From: a virus
Lineage: Duplodnaviria > Heunggongvirae > Uroviricota > Caudoviricetes
Strand: one strand, 5' to 3'
Virus record (IMG/VR): IMGVR_UViG_2513237141_000003
Location: 64,001-128,000 of that record
DNA length: 64,000 nucleotides
Below the pieces are notes generated by a model. It was not told where the DNA came from and searched no databases. It saw nothing but the letters and a program-made list of their open reading frames with translations. This document shows positions 15,557 to 25,072 of the stretch, piece by piece; position 1 is the first letter of the stretch; every line of letters begins with the position of its first letter. A program made the position numbers and the translations under genes.

Positions 15557-17518
15557 ATGCCTCAGACCTTCCTTGACGGTCAGGAGAATCTCGCCGCGCT
15601 GACCGTGCCGGGCGAATACACCGACATCATTCTGCCTCAACCGCAAATCGTCGGCACGCCGACCAACATCGAGGGTCTCGTCGGCGTCGGCAGCTGGGGC
15701 ATCGTGGGCGCTCAGATCCCCGGCTCCACACCCAACGACGTGGCGCTTTCGGTGGGCCCGCCCGTCGTGCGCGCCTACGACCTCGCCTCCTACGTGGCGG
15801 CCTCGAGTCAGGTCGGCGGATCGATCGGATACATCATGATCCGCGTCTCCGACGGCACGGACACGGCCGCGAGCGCCACCCTCGGTGGCGTCCTGCTGAC
15901 CGCCAAATGCACCGGCATCCTTGGCAACCAGATCAGGGCATCGATCCAGAACGCGTCGCTCGCCAACTCCTACATGGGCGTAGTCTCGTTCCCTGGCAAG
16001 CAGCCCGAGCAGTTCAACAATGTGCTCGGCCCCGTGCCAGCGAGTGCGACGGCGACCTTTACCGGTCAGCCGGCAGCAAACGACACTTTGACCATCGGCG
16101 GCACGGCCATCACTTTCGTGACCAGTGCGCCGACCGGAACGCAAGTGCAGATCGGCACATCCGTGCCCGTCACGCTGTCGAACCTGCTGAGCTTCTGCCT
16201 GTCGTCGCAGGACACCAATCTGATCAAGTTCACCTATTCGGTCGCTGGCGGCTCCAACGCGCTGACGATCACGGCGAACCAGTTCGTCAATTCTGGCGCA
16301 CAGTCCGGCGTTGGCGGCAACGCACTGACGCTGGCCAAGACATCGACCAACATCACAGTCTCTGGAGCGACGCTTTCGGGCGGTAGCGGCACCTGGCAGA
16401 CCTTCTGGAATAACCTCGCCAACGTCATCAACTCGGGCAACTTCTACTCGCCGGGTCCGAGCTCTTGCGTGGTTGCGACCGCCCAGACCTCGACCTTGCC
16501 GCCGACATTGTCCTCGCCCGTGACGCTGACCGGCGGCACCGACGGCGCCTCCGGCGTGACTGATGCGACCCTGATTGGCCAGGATATCTCGCCCCGCAAG
16601 GGCATGTATATGCTGCGCTCTTCGGGCTGCGACAGCTTCACGCTGTGCGACCTTGTGACCTCGTCCTACTACTCCGCCATCGTGTCCTTCGGCCTGTCCG
16701 AGAACATGCTGCCGATCGTGGGCACGGTCTCCGGAGATACCATCTCGAACGCGACCGCGACCCGCATCAACTCCGGCGTCGACAGCCCCTGGCTGTGGCT
16801 GATCATGGGCGACTACCCGTCGTTCTATGACAACTACAATCAGGTCACGCGCGTCATCAACCCGGCTGCGTTTGGCATTGGCATCGCCGGCAACCTGTCG
16901 CCGCAGGAATCGCCGCTCAACAAGCAGCTGCTTGGTGTCACGGCCACCCAGCGCGTGAGCCTCGGTCAGCCCTATAGCATGACCGAGTTGTCGCTGATCA
17001 ACACCGGCGGCATTGACGCCATCCTCGGCCCGGCCCAGTCGCCAGGCGGGAACTACTTCTCGTTCGCCTCTGGTCGCAACGTCTCGTCCAACAATTCAGC
17101 GAACGGCGTCGAATACACGCGCATGACCAACTGGCTCGCGCGCGCGGCGCAGTCGAAGGCGGCAGGCTCCTTCATCGGTCAGTTGCAGTCGATCCAGCCC
17201 AACGACCAGACGCGCGAAAACGCCAAGGCGCTGTTCGATGGTTTCTCGGCCCAGCTCGCAAGTCCGCAGGTTGGGCTCGGCATCGGCGGTCAGGGCATGA
17301 TCGATGCTCCGTGGAAGGTGATCTGCGATTCCAGCAACAACCCGGCGCCCATGCAGGCCCGCGGTTACCTCTTCCTCTACTGGGAAGTCCGCTACCTGAA
17401 CGTGGTCCGCTATTTCGTCGTCAAGTTCATGGGCGGCGGAAACGTCGTGGTGACCTCGTCGAGCACCTCGTTCAGCGATGCCGCCGCGCTGAACGCGCAG
17501 ACAACCATCAGCAGCTAA
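15557..17518 (+). CDS. Tail sheath protein
   Basis: ~653 aa; PG.YTDII, LTGGTDG, C-terminal EVRYLNVVRYFVVK; followed by the tube gene. Confidence 0.9.
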   Translation: MPQTFLDGQENLAALTVPGEYTDIILPQPQIVGTPTNIEGLVGVGSWGIVGAQIPGSTPNDVALSVGPPVVRAYDLASYVAASSQVGGSIGYIMIRVSDGTDTAASATLGGVLLTAKCTGILGNQIRASIQNASLANSYMGVVSFPGKQPEQFNNVLGPVPASATATFTGQPAANDTLTIGGTAITFVTSAPTGTQVQIGTSVPVTLSNLLSFCLSSQDTNLIKFTYSVAGGSNALTITANQFVNSGAQSGVGGNALTLAKTSTNITVSGATLSGGSGTWQTFWNNLANVINSGNFYSPGPSSCVVATAQTSTLPPTLSSPVTLTGGTDGASGVTDATLIGQDISPRKGMYMLRSSGCDSFTLCDLVTSSYYSAIVSFGLSENMLPIVGTVSGDTISNATATRINSGVDSPWLWLIMGDYPSFYDNYNQVTRVINPAAFGIGIAGNLSPQESPLNKQLLGVTATQRVSLGQPYSMTELSLINTGGIDAILGPAQSPGGNYFSFASGRNVSSNNSANGVEYTRMTNWLARAAQSKAAGSFIGQLQSIQPNDQTRENAKALFDGFSAQLASPQVGLGIGGQGMIDAPWKVICDSSNNPAPMQARGYLFLYWEVRYLNVVRYFVVKFMGGGNVVVTSSSTSFSDAAALNAQTTISS

Positions 17519-17548
17519 CGCCGCTTCCGTCATCTCTAGCCCGATCTC

Positions 17549-17574
17549 AACCCGCCCTTCGAGGCGGGTTTTTT
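17549..17574 (+). terminator. Intrinsic terminator-like hairpin
   Basis: AACCCGCC-cttcga-GGCGGGTT followed by TTTT. Confidence 0.72.
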
Positions 17575-17587
17575 ATTGGAGAGCCCA

Positions 17588-18025
17588 ATGCCCTTGAACG
17601 GGATGAACACTGGCGTCGACTACGCGCTGTCGTACTACGATGCGACCAGCGGGACGCTGATCGACCTTGGTGACGTGCAGGACGTCACCATCACGGCGAT
17701 GAAGCACGACATCAAGAGCCAGCCCTACAACAACGTGCCGCGCTACGCCTTCGTTCCCGACGGCTACGACGTCAACTTCAACATCACTCGCACCGACTCG
17801 ACGTTGGAAGATTTGATGGTGACGCTGGCGCAGAACTTCCAGTCGGGCAAGGTGCAGTCGCCAGGCTACCTCAACCAGACCATCAGAAATCCGGATGGTT
17901 CGGTTTCGCGCTACCAGTACACCAACTTCGTGGTGTTCCTGACCGATCACGGCAACATCAGCCGTGACAAGACGACGACCCTGAAGCTCACCGGCCGCGC
18001 CAGCGACAAGGTCCAGCTCGCTTAA
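17588..18025 (+). CDS. Tail tube protein
   Basis: ~145 aa beta-rich protein immediately after the sheath gene. Confidence 0.85.
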   Translation: MPLNGMNTGVDYALSYYDATSGTLIDLGDVQDVTITAMKHDIKSQPYNNVPRYAFVPDGYDVNFNITRTDSTLEDLMVTLAQNFQSGKVQSPGYLNQTIRNPDGSVSRYQYTNFVVFLTDHGNISRDKTTTLKLTGRASDKVQLA

Positions 18026-18042
18026 CGCATGATTCGCCAATG

Positions 18043-18070
18043 AGGCCCGTCCGCAAGGCGGGCCTTTTCT
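18043..18070 (+). terminator. Terminator-like hairpin after the tube gene
   Basis: AGGCCCGTCC-GCAA-GGCGGGCCT then TTTCT. Confidence 0.6.
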
Positions 18071-18115
18071 TTCCGCGTCATTTCATCCCCATCCCCAACC
18101 GATATGAGAACAGAC

Positions 18116-18508
18116 ATGCAGCTCACCGAAAGCGAAATCCGCCTGCAGCGCTACAAGCAGGTCGAGCGCGAGGCCGATGCCTGGGGCCGCGTCATCGGCG
18201 TCCGTCGCCTCAAGCCATCCGAGCAGACCAAGGCTGCCAGCTTCACCGCTGACGTCACCGGCTATGACGAGGTGACCACCGAGCAAGGCCTCAAGCTTGC
18301 CATCCCCCATCGCACGCCCCTGATGGTGGTTGCATCGGTGTGCGAGATCGATGGCGCCCAGATCCCGTTCCCCAGGAGCCGCGCCGAGCTCGATGCGATG
18401 TACGATCGGCTTGATGAGGAGGGCCTCGCCGCCGCCAGCCGGGCGGTCGCGAAGCTGCAGGCCGATGCGCTCAGTGCCGGCGACGTCAAGGAAGAAGCAA
18501 AAAACTAG
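18116..18508 (+). CDS. Tail assembly chaperone (G)
   Basis: Follows the tube gene; ends GCA AAA AAC TAG containing the slippery heptamer A AAA AAC. Confidence 0.8.
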   Translation: MQLTESEIRLQRYKQVEREADAWGRVIGVRRLKPSEQTKAASFTADVTGYDEVTTEQGLKLAIPHRTPLMVVASVCEIDGAQIPFPRSRAELDAMYDRLDEEGLAAASRAVAKLQADALSAGDVKEEAKN

Positions 18509-18681
18509 CCGAGGACCCCATTTTTAGCTGGCAGTGCTTTGCCATCAAAAACGGGGTCCCGTTCGACGTCGCCCTTGCGATGCAGGAATATGAGTTGATC
18601 GCTTTCTGCATCACCTTCGCCCGTCTTGAGCACGGCAAGACATGGGACTGGGACAATATGAAGTTCATCGACCGAGGCTAA
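18499..18681 (+). CDS. -1 frameshift extension of the tail chaperone (GT)
   Basis: The -1 frame from the heptamer at 18499-18505 is open: KKLAEDPIFSWQCFAIKNGVPFDVALAMQ...WDWDNMKFIDRG, stop at 18679-81. Confidence 0.78.
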   Translation, partial: KKLAEDPIFSWQCFAIKNGVPFDVALAMQEYELIAFCITFARLEHGKTWDWDNMKFIDRG

Positions 18682-18685
18682 CGCG

Positions 18686-19924
18686 ATGCAGATCGGCCTG
18701 ATCACCATCGACGGTCGGGCAATCGGCATCATTTCGCTCGAGCACGGCACCCACGAGCGCCCCAATTACGTGCCGCCAGCACCATCTCTCCTTCATGACG
18801 CCTCGCTCATGACGGAAGAGGGGGTGGGTTCGGCCGGTCCGCGCCACGCGCCAGGCTACGGCTCACCCAGCCACGGCGGCGACCGTTACACCTCAAGGCA
18901 AGTCGACGGCGCGCCATCGCCCGTCGTCGGCAACCGCGTCTACGGCCGCCTCGCGGATGCGCGCGACCGCGCGCGTGAAGAGCTCAAGGCCCATCCTGAG
19001 CTCAACGAAAAGGCCATGCACATCTTTGCCGGCGAGAACCCGGACCCGGACGCCTCTACCGCGCTCTGGGAGGAGACCATCAACCGCATGGCGGTTCGTG
19101 GCACGACGCTGGATAAGGAACTGCGCAGGACGAATGAGGGTGGCTATTACGAGGGCTGGCGCGACGAGGTCTCGACCGCCACACGCAAGACCCTCGAAGC
19201 GAGCCGCGACCGCGCGCTCAACTACTCCAACGTCTCGAATTATGCGACCGACAACTCCTCCGGCGGCCTTGCCCGACGCGACCGAGAGAGCGGCAATTTC
19301 ACCGAGAAGCAGGTCTACAACGGCGAGCACTTCTTCGGGCCTGACAACCGCATCGCCGCCCATCAGCGCGCCTATAACGATCTCGTCAATGAGAGCGAGT
19401 CCATGGCGCGGGAGACGGGCGGCAGGGCGGTCAGCGCGCCATCGTCGACACCGACCAGCTCGATGACCGCACCCAACGGTCAAGCCCCTCAAGCCTTCAT
19501 CTTCCATCACACCGGCGGCGGTGGCGGTCCGGAAGGCGTGCGCGACACGCTAGAAGGGCGCCACCTTGGCGTCGAGTACATCATGGATCGGGAAGGCAAC
19601 ATCGTTCCCGGCGGCGGCAACATGCGGTCGCACATGCTTCCGGGATGGGGCAAGGGCGAGGGACTCTCCAACAACAACACGGTTGGCATGGAGGTCATCG
19701 CCAGAGACAACAAGGACGTCACGCCAGCCCAGGTCGCGGCCGCAAGGGCCTTCATCGCCAAGAACTACCCGAACACTCCGGTCTACGGCCATGGCGAGGT
19801 CAATCCGGGACACAAGGAAGCGGACGAGGGCGCTGCCATCGTCAACGCCATCCGATCTGACCGGGCCAGTCAGGCCGCGCAGGCCAAGCCGCCAGAGACT
19901 AAGCCGGACGACGGGAAGATCTGA
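18686..19924 (+). CDS. Putative virion-associated peptidoglycan hydrolase (C-terminal Amidase_2 domain)
   Basis: FIFHHTGG, VEYIMDREGNI, NNNTVGMEV, VYGHGEV zinc-amidase motifs; central ETINR...ATDN region resembles a second cell-wall hydrolase. Confidence 0.75.
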   Translation: MQIGLITIDGRAIGIISLEHGTHERPNYVPPAPSLLHDASLMTEEGVGSAGPRHAPGYGSPSHGGDRYTSRQVDGAPSPVVGNRVYGRLADARDRAREELKAHPELNEKAMHIFAGENPDPDASTALWEETINRMAVRGTTLDKELRRTNEGGYYEGWRDEVSTATRKTLEASRDRALNYSNVSNYATDNSSGGLARRDRESGNFTEKQVYNGEHFFGPDNRIAAHQRAYNDLVNESESMARETGGRAVSAPSSTPTSSMTAPNGQAPQAFIFHHTGGGGGPEGVRDTLEGRHLGVEYIMDREGNIVPGGGNMRSHMLPGWGKGEGLSNNNTVGMEVIARDNKDVTPAQVAAARAFIAKNYPNTPVYGHGEVNPGHKEADEGAAIVNAIRSDRASQAAQAKPPETKPDDGKI

Positions 19925-20376
19925 TGACCAAGGAACTGAGCCTCTTGGGTGCGGTGGAATTGTTCTCCACCATGCAGCTCGAGATGGAGCACGAGAACCA
20001 TGTGGCGCTGGAGCGCTGCGGCAAGCTCGTCACCAAAGAGGTCTACCGCGTCGTCGGAACGTATGATTATGGATGGAAGCCTCTGGCGCCGTCCACGCAG
20101 GATCAGCGCGAGAGTCTCGGCTTCGAGCCTGATGAGCCCCTCTTGCGTACGGGATCGATGCGGGACTCGGTCTGGTACAAGGCCGACCACCACGAATGTC
20201 AGATCGGCACCGACAACCAGATCGCAGTCTGGCAGGAGCTTGGCACCTCCAAGATCCCGCCGCGGCCATTCCTTGAGGGGGCGCTGAAGGAAAAGACGCC
20301 GGAGGTCCTCGACATCATCGGCCATCAGATCGTCGGAGCGCTGTCCGGCGAGGCGCGCGAGGTGGATGAGCTCTAG
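19924..20376 (+). CDS. HK97 gp10-like / virion morphogenesis protein
   Basis: PLLRTGSMRDSV and ELGTSKIPPRPFL motifs. Confidence 0.8.
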   Translation: MTKELSLLGAVELFSTMQLEMEHENHVALERCGKLVTKEVYRVVGTYDYGWKPLAPSTQDQRESLGFEPDEPLLRTGSMRDSVWYKADHHECQIGTDNQIAVWQELGTSKIPPRPFLEGALKEKTPEVLDIIGHQIVGALSGEAREVDEL

Positions 20377-21005
20377 GAGCCGCCCTTCGCGATGAAAGCG
20401 ATCACTAGCACGACGCTAAAAACCACGACGCCGATAACGCTGTAGGCCACAGCCGCGGCCGGATAGCGCAGGTACCACGGCAGGCCAGCCAGGATACCCC
20501 ATCGCCGTCGCGCCTTCCTGGCGCCAACGTCTGCCGCGGGATCGGGCTGTCTGGCGAGCAAGAGAATATGCGGCACCATCTCGGGTGCCACCTGCTGGAT
20601 CGGAAAGCCGAGCCGCTGGGCCGCCTCGTAGACGGCGCCGATGGCGATCGAAGCCGGGACCCGAAACCACTCGTCGCCGCCGTTCGGGATCTTCTGCTGC
20701 TCTAGCAGCGCGTGCGCGGCGCGCTCGATCCGCACGTAGGTCATCTCCGGCGCCACACCCACAAAGGCGAAGCTCAACTGCTCCGCCGATCCCGTCTGCA
20801 GCTGCGCGCGGCGCGCAATCGGGTCGATGGCGGAGCCGATCTTATGCCGCCCGCTCTCGTCGGCCAGCACATAAACGAAACCTCCGGTCATCTGGCCGGA
20901 GGAGGAGACTTGGCTGGAGCTTGAGAGCTTTCGGAAGTCTTCCGGGCCGAAACTGATGCCCGGCCGAAGGCCCGCGATGCGCGGGCCACTAAAGAAAAAT
21001 CGCAT
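20373..21005 (-). CDS. T5orf172/GIY-YIG-like domain protein with a C-terminal TM (moron)
   Basis: GFVYVL...KIG.A.DP..R.AQLQTG...IER..H...EWF motif; C-terminal hydrophobic helix; antisense to the tail operon. Confidence 0.75.
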   Translation of the reverse strand: MRFFFSGPRIAGLRPGISFGPEDFRKLSSSSQVSSSGQMTGGFVYVLADESGRHKIGSAIDPIARRAQLQTGSAEQLSFAFVGVAPEMTYVRIERAAHALLEQQKIPNGGDEWFRVPASIAIGAVYEAAQRLGFPIQQVAPEMVPHILLLARQPDPAADVGARKARRRWGILAGLPWYLRYPAAAVAYSVIGVVVFSVVLVIAFIAKGGS

Positions 21006-21034
21006 CTTTTCAATGCCTTAAACGAGGTGGCGAC

Positions 21035-22864
21035 GTGGACGTCTACAAGATTGGCGTATCGATTGTACTCGCCAACGGCGTCTCGCCGGTCCTTGCGATC
21101 ATAGGTCGAGACCTGCTCGGCCTCCATACCTCAGTCGACAAGATCAATAAGAATTTTGGGGGCTGGACGGCGGCTCTCGTCGGGGTCGGTGGCCTCCTTG
21201 GCGGCTCCATGATCCTTGGCGCCATGACCAAGCTCGCCGAGAAGGCGGGCGAGTTTCAGGATGCGATGATCAAGGTCTCGCAGCTGAACCCGAAGGTCGC
21301 TCAGGTGGTCCAGAGCGGCGAGCTGCGCAAGGAAGCCTTCGAGATCGGCGCCAGGTTTGGCATGAAGGCAGAAGACGTCGTCAATATCTACGGCGGCATC
21401 TTCGGCGCCATTCAGGACGTCGGCGAATCGAAGGAGATCCTTCCCTACGCATCCGCCTATGCGCGGCTGATGGAGTCGCGTCACCCGGGAAGCCACCCGG
21501 AAGAAAGCATCAGGACGCTCATCAGGGCAGGCGAACTCTCGGGCCGCCTGTACGACGACAAGGGCAAGATCGACCCAGCCAAGGTCAAGGACTGGTTCGA
21601 CATGGCGGCCATTGCCGAGGCTGCCACCCACGGCCAGGTCAATGCGCAGACCTTGTACGGCATGGCGCAGCAGGCCGGGCCCGGCTCGCTCCGCGGCCTC
21701 TCCCGAGAGGGCTACGAGCACATGATGATCCTCTCCCAGGAAATGGGAGGTCAGCGTGCCGGCACCGCGCTGTTGTCACTGCGTGGACAGATGACCGGCG
21801 CCATGCTCGCACGCAGCGCAGATGCGATGGCGCACTACGGTGTGCTTCGCGCCGGCGAGTACGAGATCGGCAAGGGCGATCATGTCCACATGACGCCGGA
21901 GGGGAGCAAGCGCCTGCTTGGCCTCCTCAACGACGATCCGGTGAAGTTCGTCGACATGATGGTCGAGCAGCTTGAAAAGAAGGGCATCACCAACAAAGAC
22001 GACCAGATGCGCGCCATCACCGAGATGATCGGCCGCCAGACATCTCAGCGGCTCGTCTCCGACATCGTCGCCCAGCGCCAGCAGATCGACCGGGAAACCC
22101 AAGGCCTCAACCAAGGCGCGACCGTCGAGCAGGGGTTGCATCAGTACGCCGACGAAAGCGTCAACTACAACCTGCACAACATGCATGCCGCATGGGACCG
22201 GCTGATGGTCGCCATCGGCGGCCCGCAGGGCGAGCACTTCATCTCCGTGCTCAAGGGCATCACGGGCGCCTTGGACTGGGCGACCAAGCTGAGCTCCGAG
22301 CACCCCCAGATGATCAAGCTGATCGGCGAGGCGCTGATCGGTGTTGCGGGTGGCCTGATCGCCATCGGCGCCGCCTCCCTTCTCGCCCTCTTCGGCACCG
22401 GCGGTGTGATCTTCGCCATCGTTGCATCCGTCGGAGCCCTGGTCGCCGCGAACTGGGGCTATGTTGCCAACGGCTTCAGGGAGCTCGGCGACATCATCTG
22501 GAAGGACTGGACCGAGAAATTCCGCGCCATCACCAGTGGTCTTGCGGCGTTCTGGGACTTCATCGTCTCGATGTACGACAAGGTGAAGCTATTCGTTGCT
22601 CCACCACAGTCTCCATCGGATCAGAAGAGCGCCGACGACCTCGTCAACGGGTTGAAGAGCGGCATCCAGCTGCAGAGCTTCCATCCCGGCTCCGACGACC
22701 GGCGCCACGGAAATCTTACGCTCTCGCTCAATATCGACGGGCGCACGCTCGCGCAGACGGTCAGCGACCAATTGCAAGCGCTCACCGAGTTCTCGATGGG
22801 CGGCCCGGCCGCGGACGGCATCGGCCGTTACTCCTCCGGCGACCACAATTTCGGAAGCGTCTAG
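21035..22864 (+). CDS. Tape measure protein
   Basis: 609 aa, alpha-helical Ala/Gly-rich with W/F-spaced repeats; located between the chaperone and baseplate genes. Confidence 0.87.
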   Translation: MDVYKIGVSIVLANGVSPVLAIIGRDLLGLHTSVDKINKNFGGWTAALVGVGGLLGGSMILGAMTKLAEKAGEFQDAMIKVSQLNPKVAQVVQSGELRKEAFEIGARFGMKAEDVVNIYGGIFGAIQDVGESKEILPYASAYARLMESRHPGSHPEESIRTLIRAGELSGRLYDDKGKIDPAKVKDWFDMAAIAEAATHGQVNAQTLYGMAQQAGPGSLRGLSREGYEHMMILSQEMGGQRAGTALLSLRGQMTGAMLARSADAMAHYGVLRAGEYEIGKGDHVHMTPEGSKRLLGLLNDDPVKFVDMMVEQLEKKGITNKDDQMRAITEMIGRQTSQRLVSDIVAQRQQIDRETQGLNQGATVEQGLHQYADESVNYNLHNMHAAWDRLMVAIGGPQGEHFISVLKGITGALDWATKLSSEHPQMIKLIGEALIGVAGGLIAIGAASLLALFGTGGVIFAIVASVGALVAANWGYVANGFRELGDIIWKDWTEKFRAITSGLAAFWDFIVSMYDKVKLFVAPPQSPSDQKSADDLVNGLKSGIQLQSFHPGSDDRRHGNLTLSLNIDGRTLAQTVSDQLQALTEFSMGGPAADGIGRYSSGDHNFGSV

Positions 22865-22867
22865 CCC

Positions 22868-23365
22868 ATGGCATTCGATATCCCTGCCGACGTCCTCTCT
22901 CTCGGAGGCTTCGTCTTCACGGACTATTCGCCGCCATCGGAGATGCCTGCCGGCGGCCGTCAGGCGATGGTCATTCACAAGCTGCCCGGCGGCGCCCGCG
23001 TCATTGATACGCTAGGGCCAGACGATGCCGACATCCAATGGAACGGCTTCTTCTACGGCTCCGACGCCTATCAGAACGCCCTGCAACTCGACGCCATGCG
23101 CGCGGACGGCCAGGTCCTGGCGCTAACCTGGGGTGGGCAGTACCGCTCGGTCATCATCAGCGACTTCAAATACTCCATTCGCCGCATGCCGGTATGGGTG
23201 ATCTATTCGATCTCCTGCACCGTTGTGCAAAACCCGATGCAGGGCGACCTGTCTCAGTCAACATCGTCGGTCGATGATCTGGTCAGCTCCGACCTGTCGA
23301 GCGCCTTGGCCGCAACAAGCGACCAGGGCACCGCGATCGGCGGCGCCGGAGGGAGTGGGCTGTGA
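22868..23365 (+). CDS. Tail tube initiator / baseplate hub-associated protein
   Basis: LSLGGFVF...HKLPGGARVIDTLGPDD.DIQW.G motif following the TMP. Confidence 0.72.
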   Translation: MAFDIPADVLSLGGFVFTDYSPPSEMPAGGRQAMVIHKLPGGARVIDTLGPDDADIQWNGFFYGSDAYQNALQLDAMRADGQVLALTWGGQYRSVIISDFKYSIRRMPVWVIYSISCTVVQNPMQGDLSQSTSSVDDLVSSDLSSALAATSDQGTAIGGAGGSGL

Positions 23366-23676
23366 GCATTCCATCCAACATCATCAACGAACTGACCTCG
23401 CTGCAGAAGCAGGTCGTTGCCGCCAAGCCGCTCCAGCAGGCGTCGCGCGCCACCATCGTGGCGCTCCAGCTCAACGCAGCGCAACTCGTTAGCGACATCG
23501 AGACCGCGCTCACTGCGCCAAACAATCTGCTCGACACATGGTCGGCATCGATCGATCCAGGCGCGATCGTTAGTGGCCTATTGTCGGTGGTCTCGACAGC
23601 GCAGGACCAGTCCACCCTGTCGTTCATGCGCGGTGTCACCGGCCGCGCCGCCTCGAATCTCAATCAGCTCACCTGA
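23362..23676 (+). CDS. Hypothetical baseplate-region protein
   Basis: 104 aa helical ORF with coupled start and stop. Confidence 0.6.
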   Translation: MSIPSNIINELTSLQKQVVAAKPLQQASRATIVALQLNAAQLVSDIETALTAPNNLLDTWSASIDPGAIVSGLLSVVSTAQDQSTLSFMRGVTGRAASNLNQLT

Positions 23677-23677
23677 C

Positions 23678-24034
23678 ATGGCAAACACCGCAGGCTACAT
23701 CGCGGCGACCATTCCCGCGAAGAAAATCCGCGCGTCCGGAACAACCTTGTTCCACGTCGCCATGATGCAGACGGGCGACCCGCTGCAGTGGGTTGCCATC
23801 GCCGAGCTCAACGGCATCTCCGATCCATGGATCGATGGCGAGATGGAGATCCTGATCCCTCCGGTATTCCCGAGTGGGCAGCAGGACGGAATCCTCGATG
23901 CGATCAGGCTGTCCAACGCCGGCGTCGTCACTCCGCTCGCTCCAGCGCAGCAGGCGCCAGCATCGACAACGGCTTCGCCGGCGATGCTCTCGTTCGATCA
24001 GTCGCAAGACTCTCAATACCTGCCCCTCATCTAG
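23678..24034 (+). CDS. LysM / tail-X-like baseplate protein
   Basis: TLFHVA...GDPLQWVAIAELNGISDP; start ATG 23678. Confidence 0.75.
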   Translation: MANTAGYIAATIPAKKIRASGTTLFHVAMMQTGDPLQWVAIAELNGISDPWIDGEMEILIPPVFPSGQQDGILDAIRLSNAGVVTPLAPAQQAPASTTASPAMLSFDQSQDSQYLPLI

Positions 24035-24046
24035 AAAAAGCAGCGC

Positions 24047-25072
24047 ATGGCAATCACTTCCGGAGCCGGCCCGCACAAGGCCTGGCTCAACGTCGATGGC
24101 GAGACGCTCGCCATCGAGAACGGCAGCGTGACCCAGAGCGCCAAGCGCAAGACGTCTTCGTTCTCATGCGCGATACCGATGAGCGTGAAGGGCGCCTACG
24201 AGACGCTTGCCGGTCTCGGTGACAACAATGCGACCATCACGGTCCTGACCCGCGGCACGACGGGGACGCTGATCACCGGTGAGGTCGATCGGGTCAGCAT
24301 CGATTACATCGGGCGAACCATCAGGGTTACCGGGCGAGACGGCTCCGCCAAACTCCACGACAACAAGTCGAGCGAGAAGTGGCTCAACAAGATGCCGAGC
24401 GACATCGTGTCCGATCTGATCGGGCGCGTCGGGCTTTCCGGCAACGTGACCTCGTCGGCGCTGATGGCCGGCAAGAAGGTCTCCTCCGACTTCGTCAAGC
24501 TCTCCGACAACGTCTCGTTTGCCTACATCATCCACAAGCTGGCGCAGCTCGATAACGCCAAATGGTGGGTCGATCCGAGCGGAAAATTCCACTACGTGCC
24601 GATCGGAAGCCCGGCCGGGACCTACTCGATCTTCATCAATCAGGACCAAGAGCCGATCGTCTCGGACTGTCTTGATCTGAACATCACCCGCAACGTGCAG
24701 GCCGGAAAGGGAATTTCAGCCACGGTCAAGAGCTGGCACCCGAAGCTGAAGCAGACCTTTCAGTATCAGTCGAACGTCGAGGGCAGGGGCGGACCGGTCC
24801 AGTACCAGTACCACATCCCGAACCTGACGCAGGACCACGCGACGAAGTACGCGCAGTCAATGGCGAGCGAGAAGGCGCGTCATGAGCTGACTGTGTCGGC
24901 GACCGTCGTCGGTGATCCTACCGTCTATGCCGGCATGGGGCTGAAGCTCTCCGGCACCAAGTTGTTCGACCAGACTTACGACATCGATACCGTTCACCAC
25001 AATTTCGGCATGCCGGGTCACCGAACCCACATCACCGCGCGCGGTGCAGGCGAGGGGAGGTCGGCATCATGA
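24047..25072 (+). CDS. Baseplate hub protein (P2 gpD / Mu gp44-like)
   Basis: 341 aa; ITGEVD, GRD..AKL, WWVDPSGKFHY motifs. Confidence 0.82.
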   Translation: MAITSGAGPHKAWLNVDGETLAIENGSVTQSAKRKTSSFSCAIPMSVKGAYETLAGLGDNNATITVLTRGTTGTLITGEVDRVSIDYIGRTIRVTGRDGSAKLHDNKSSEKWLNKMPSDIVSDLIGRVGLSGNVTSSALMAGKKVSSDFVKLSDNVSFAYIIHKLAQLDNAKWWVDPSGKFHYVPIGSPAGTYSIFINQDQEPIVSDCLDLNITRNVQAGKGISATVKSWHPKLKQTFQYQSNVEGRGGPVQYQYHIPNLTQDHATKYAQSMASEKARHELTVSATVVGDPTVYAGMGLKLSGTKLFDQTYDIDTVHHNFGMPGHRTHITARGAGEGRSAS

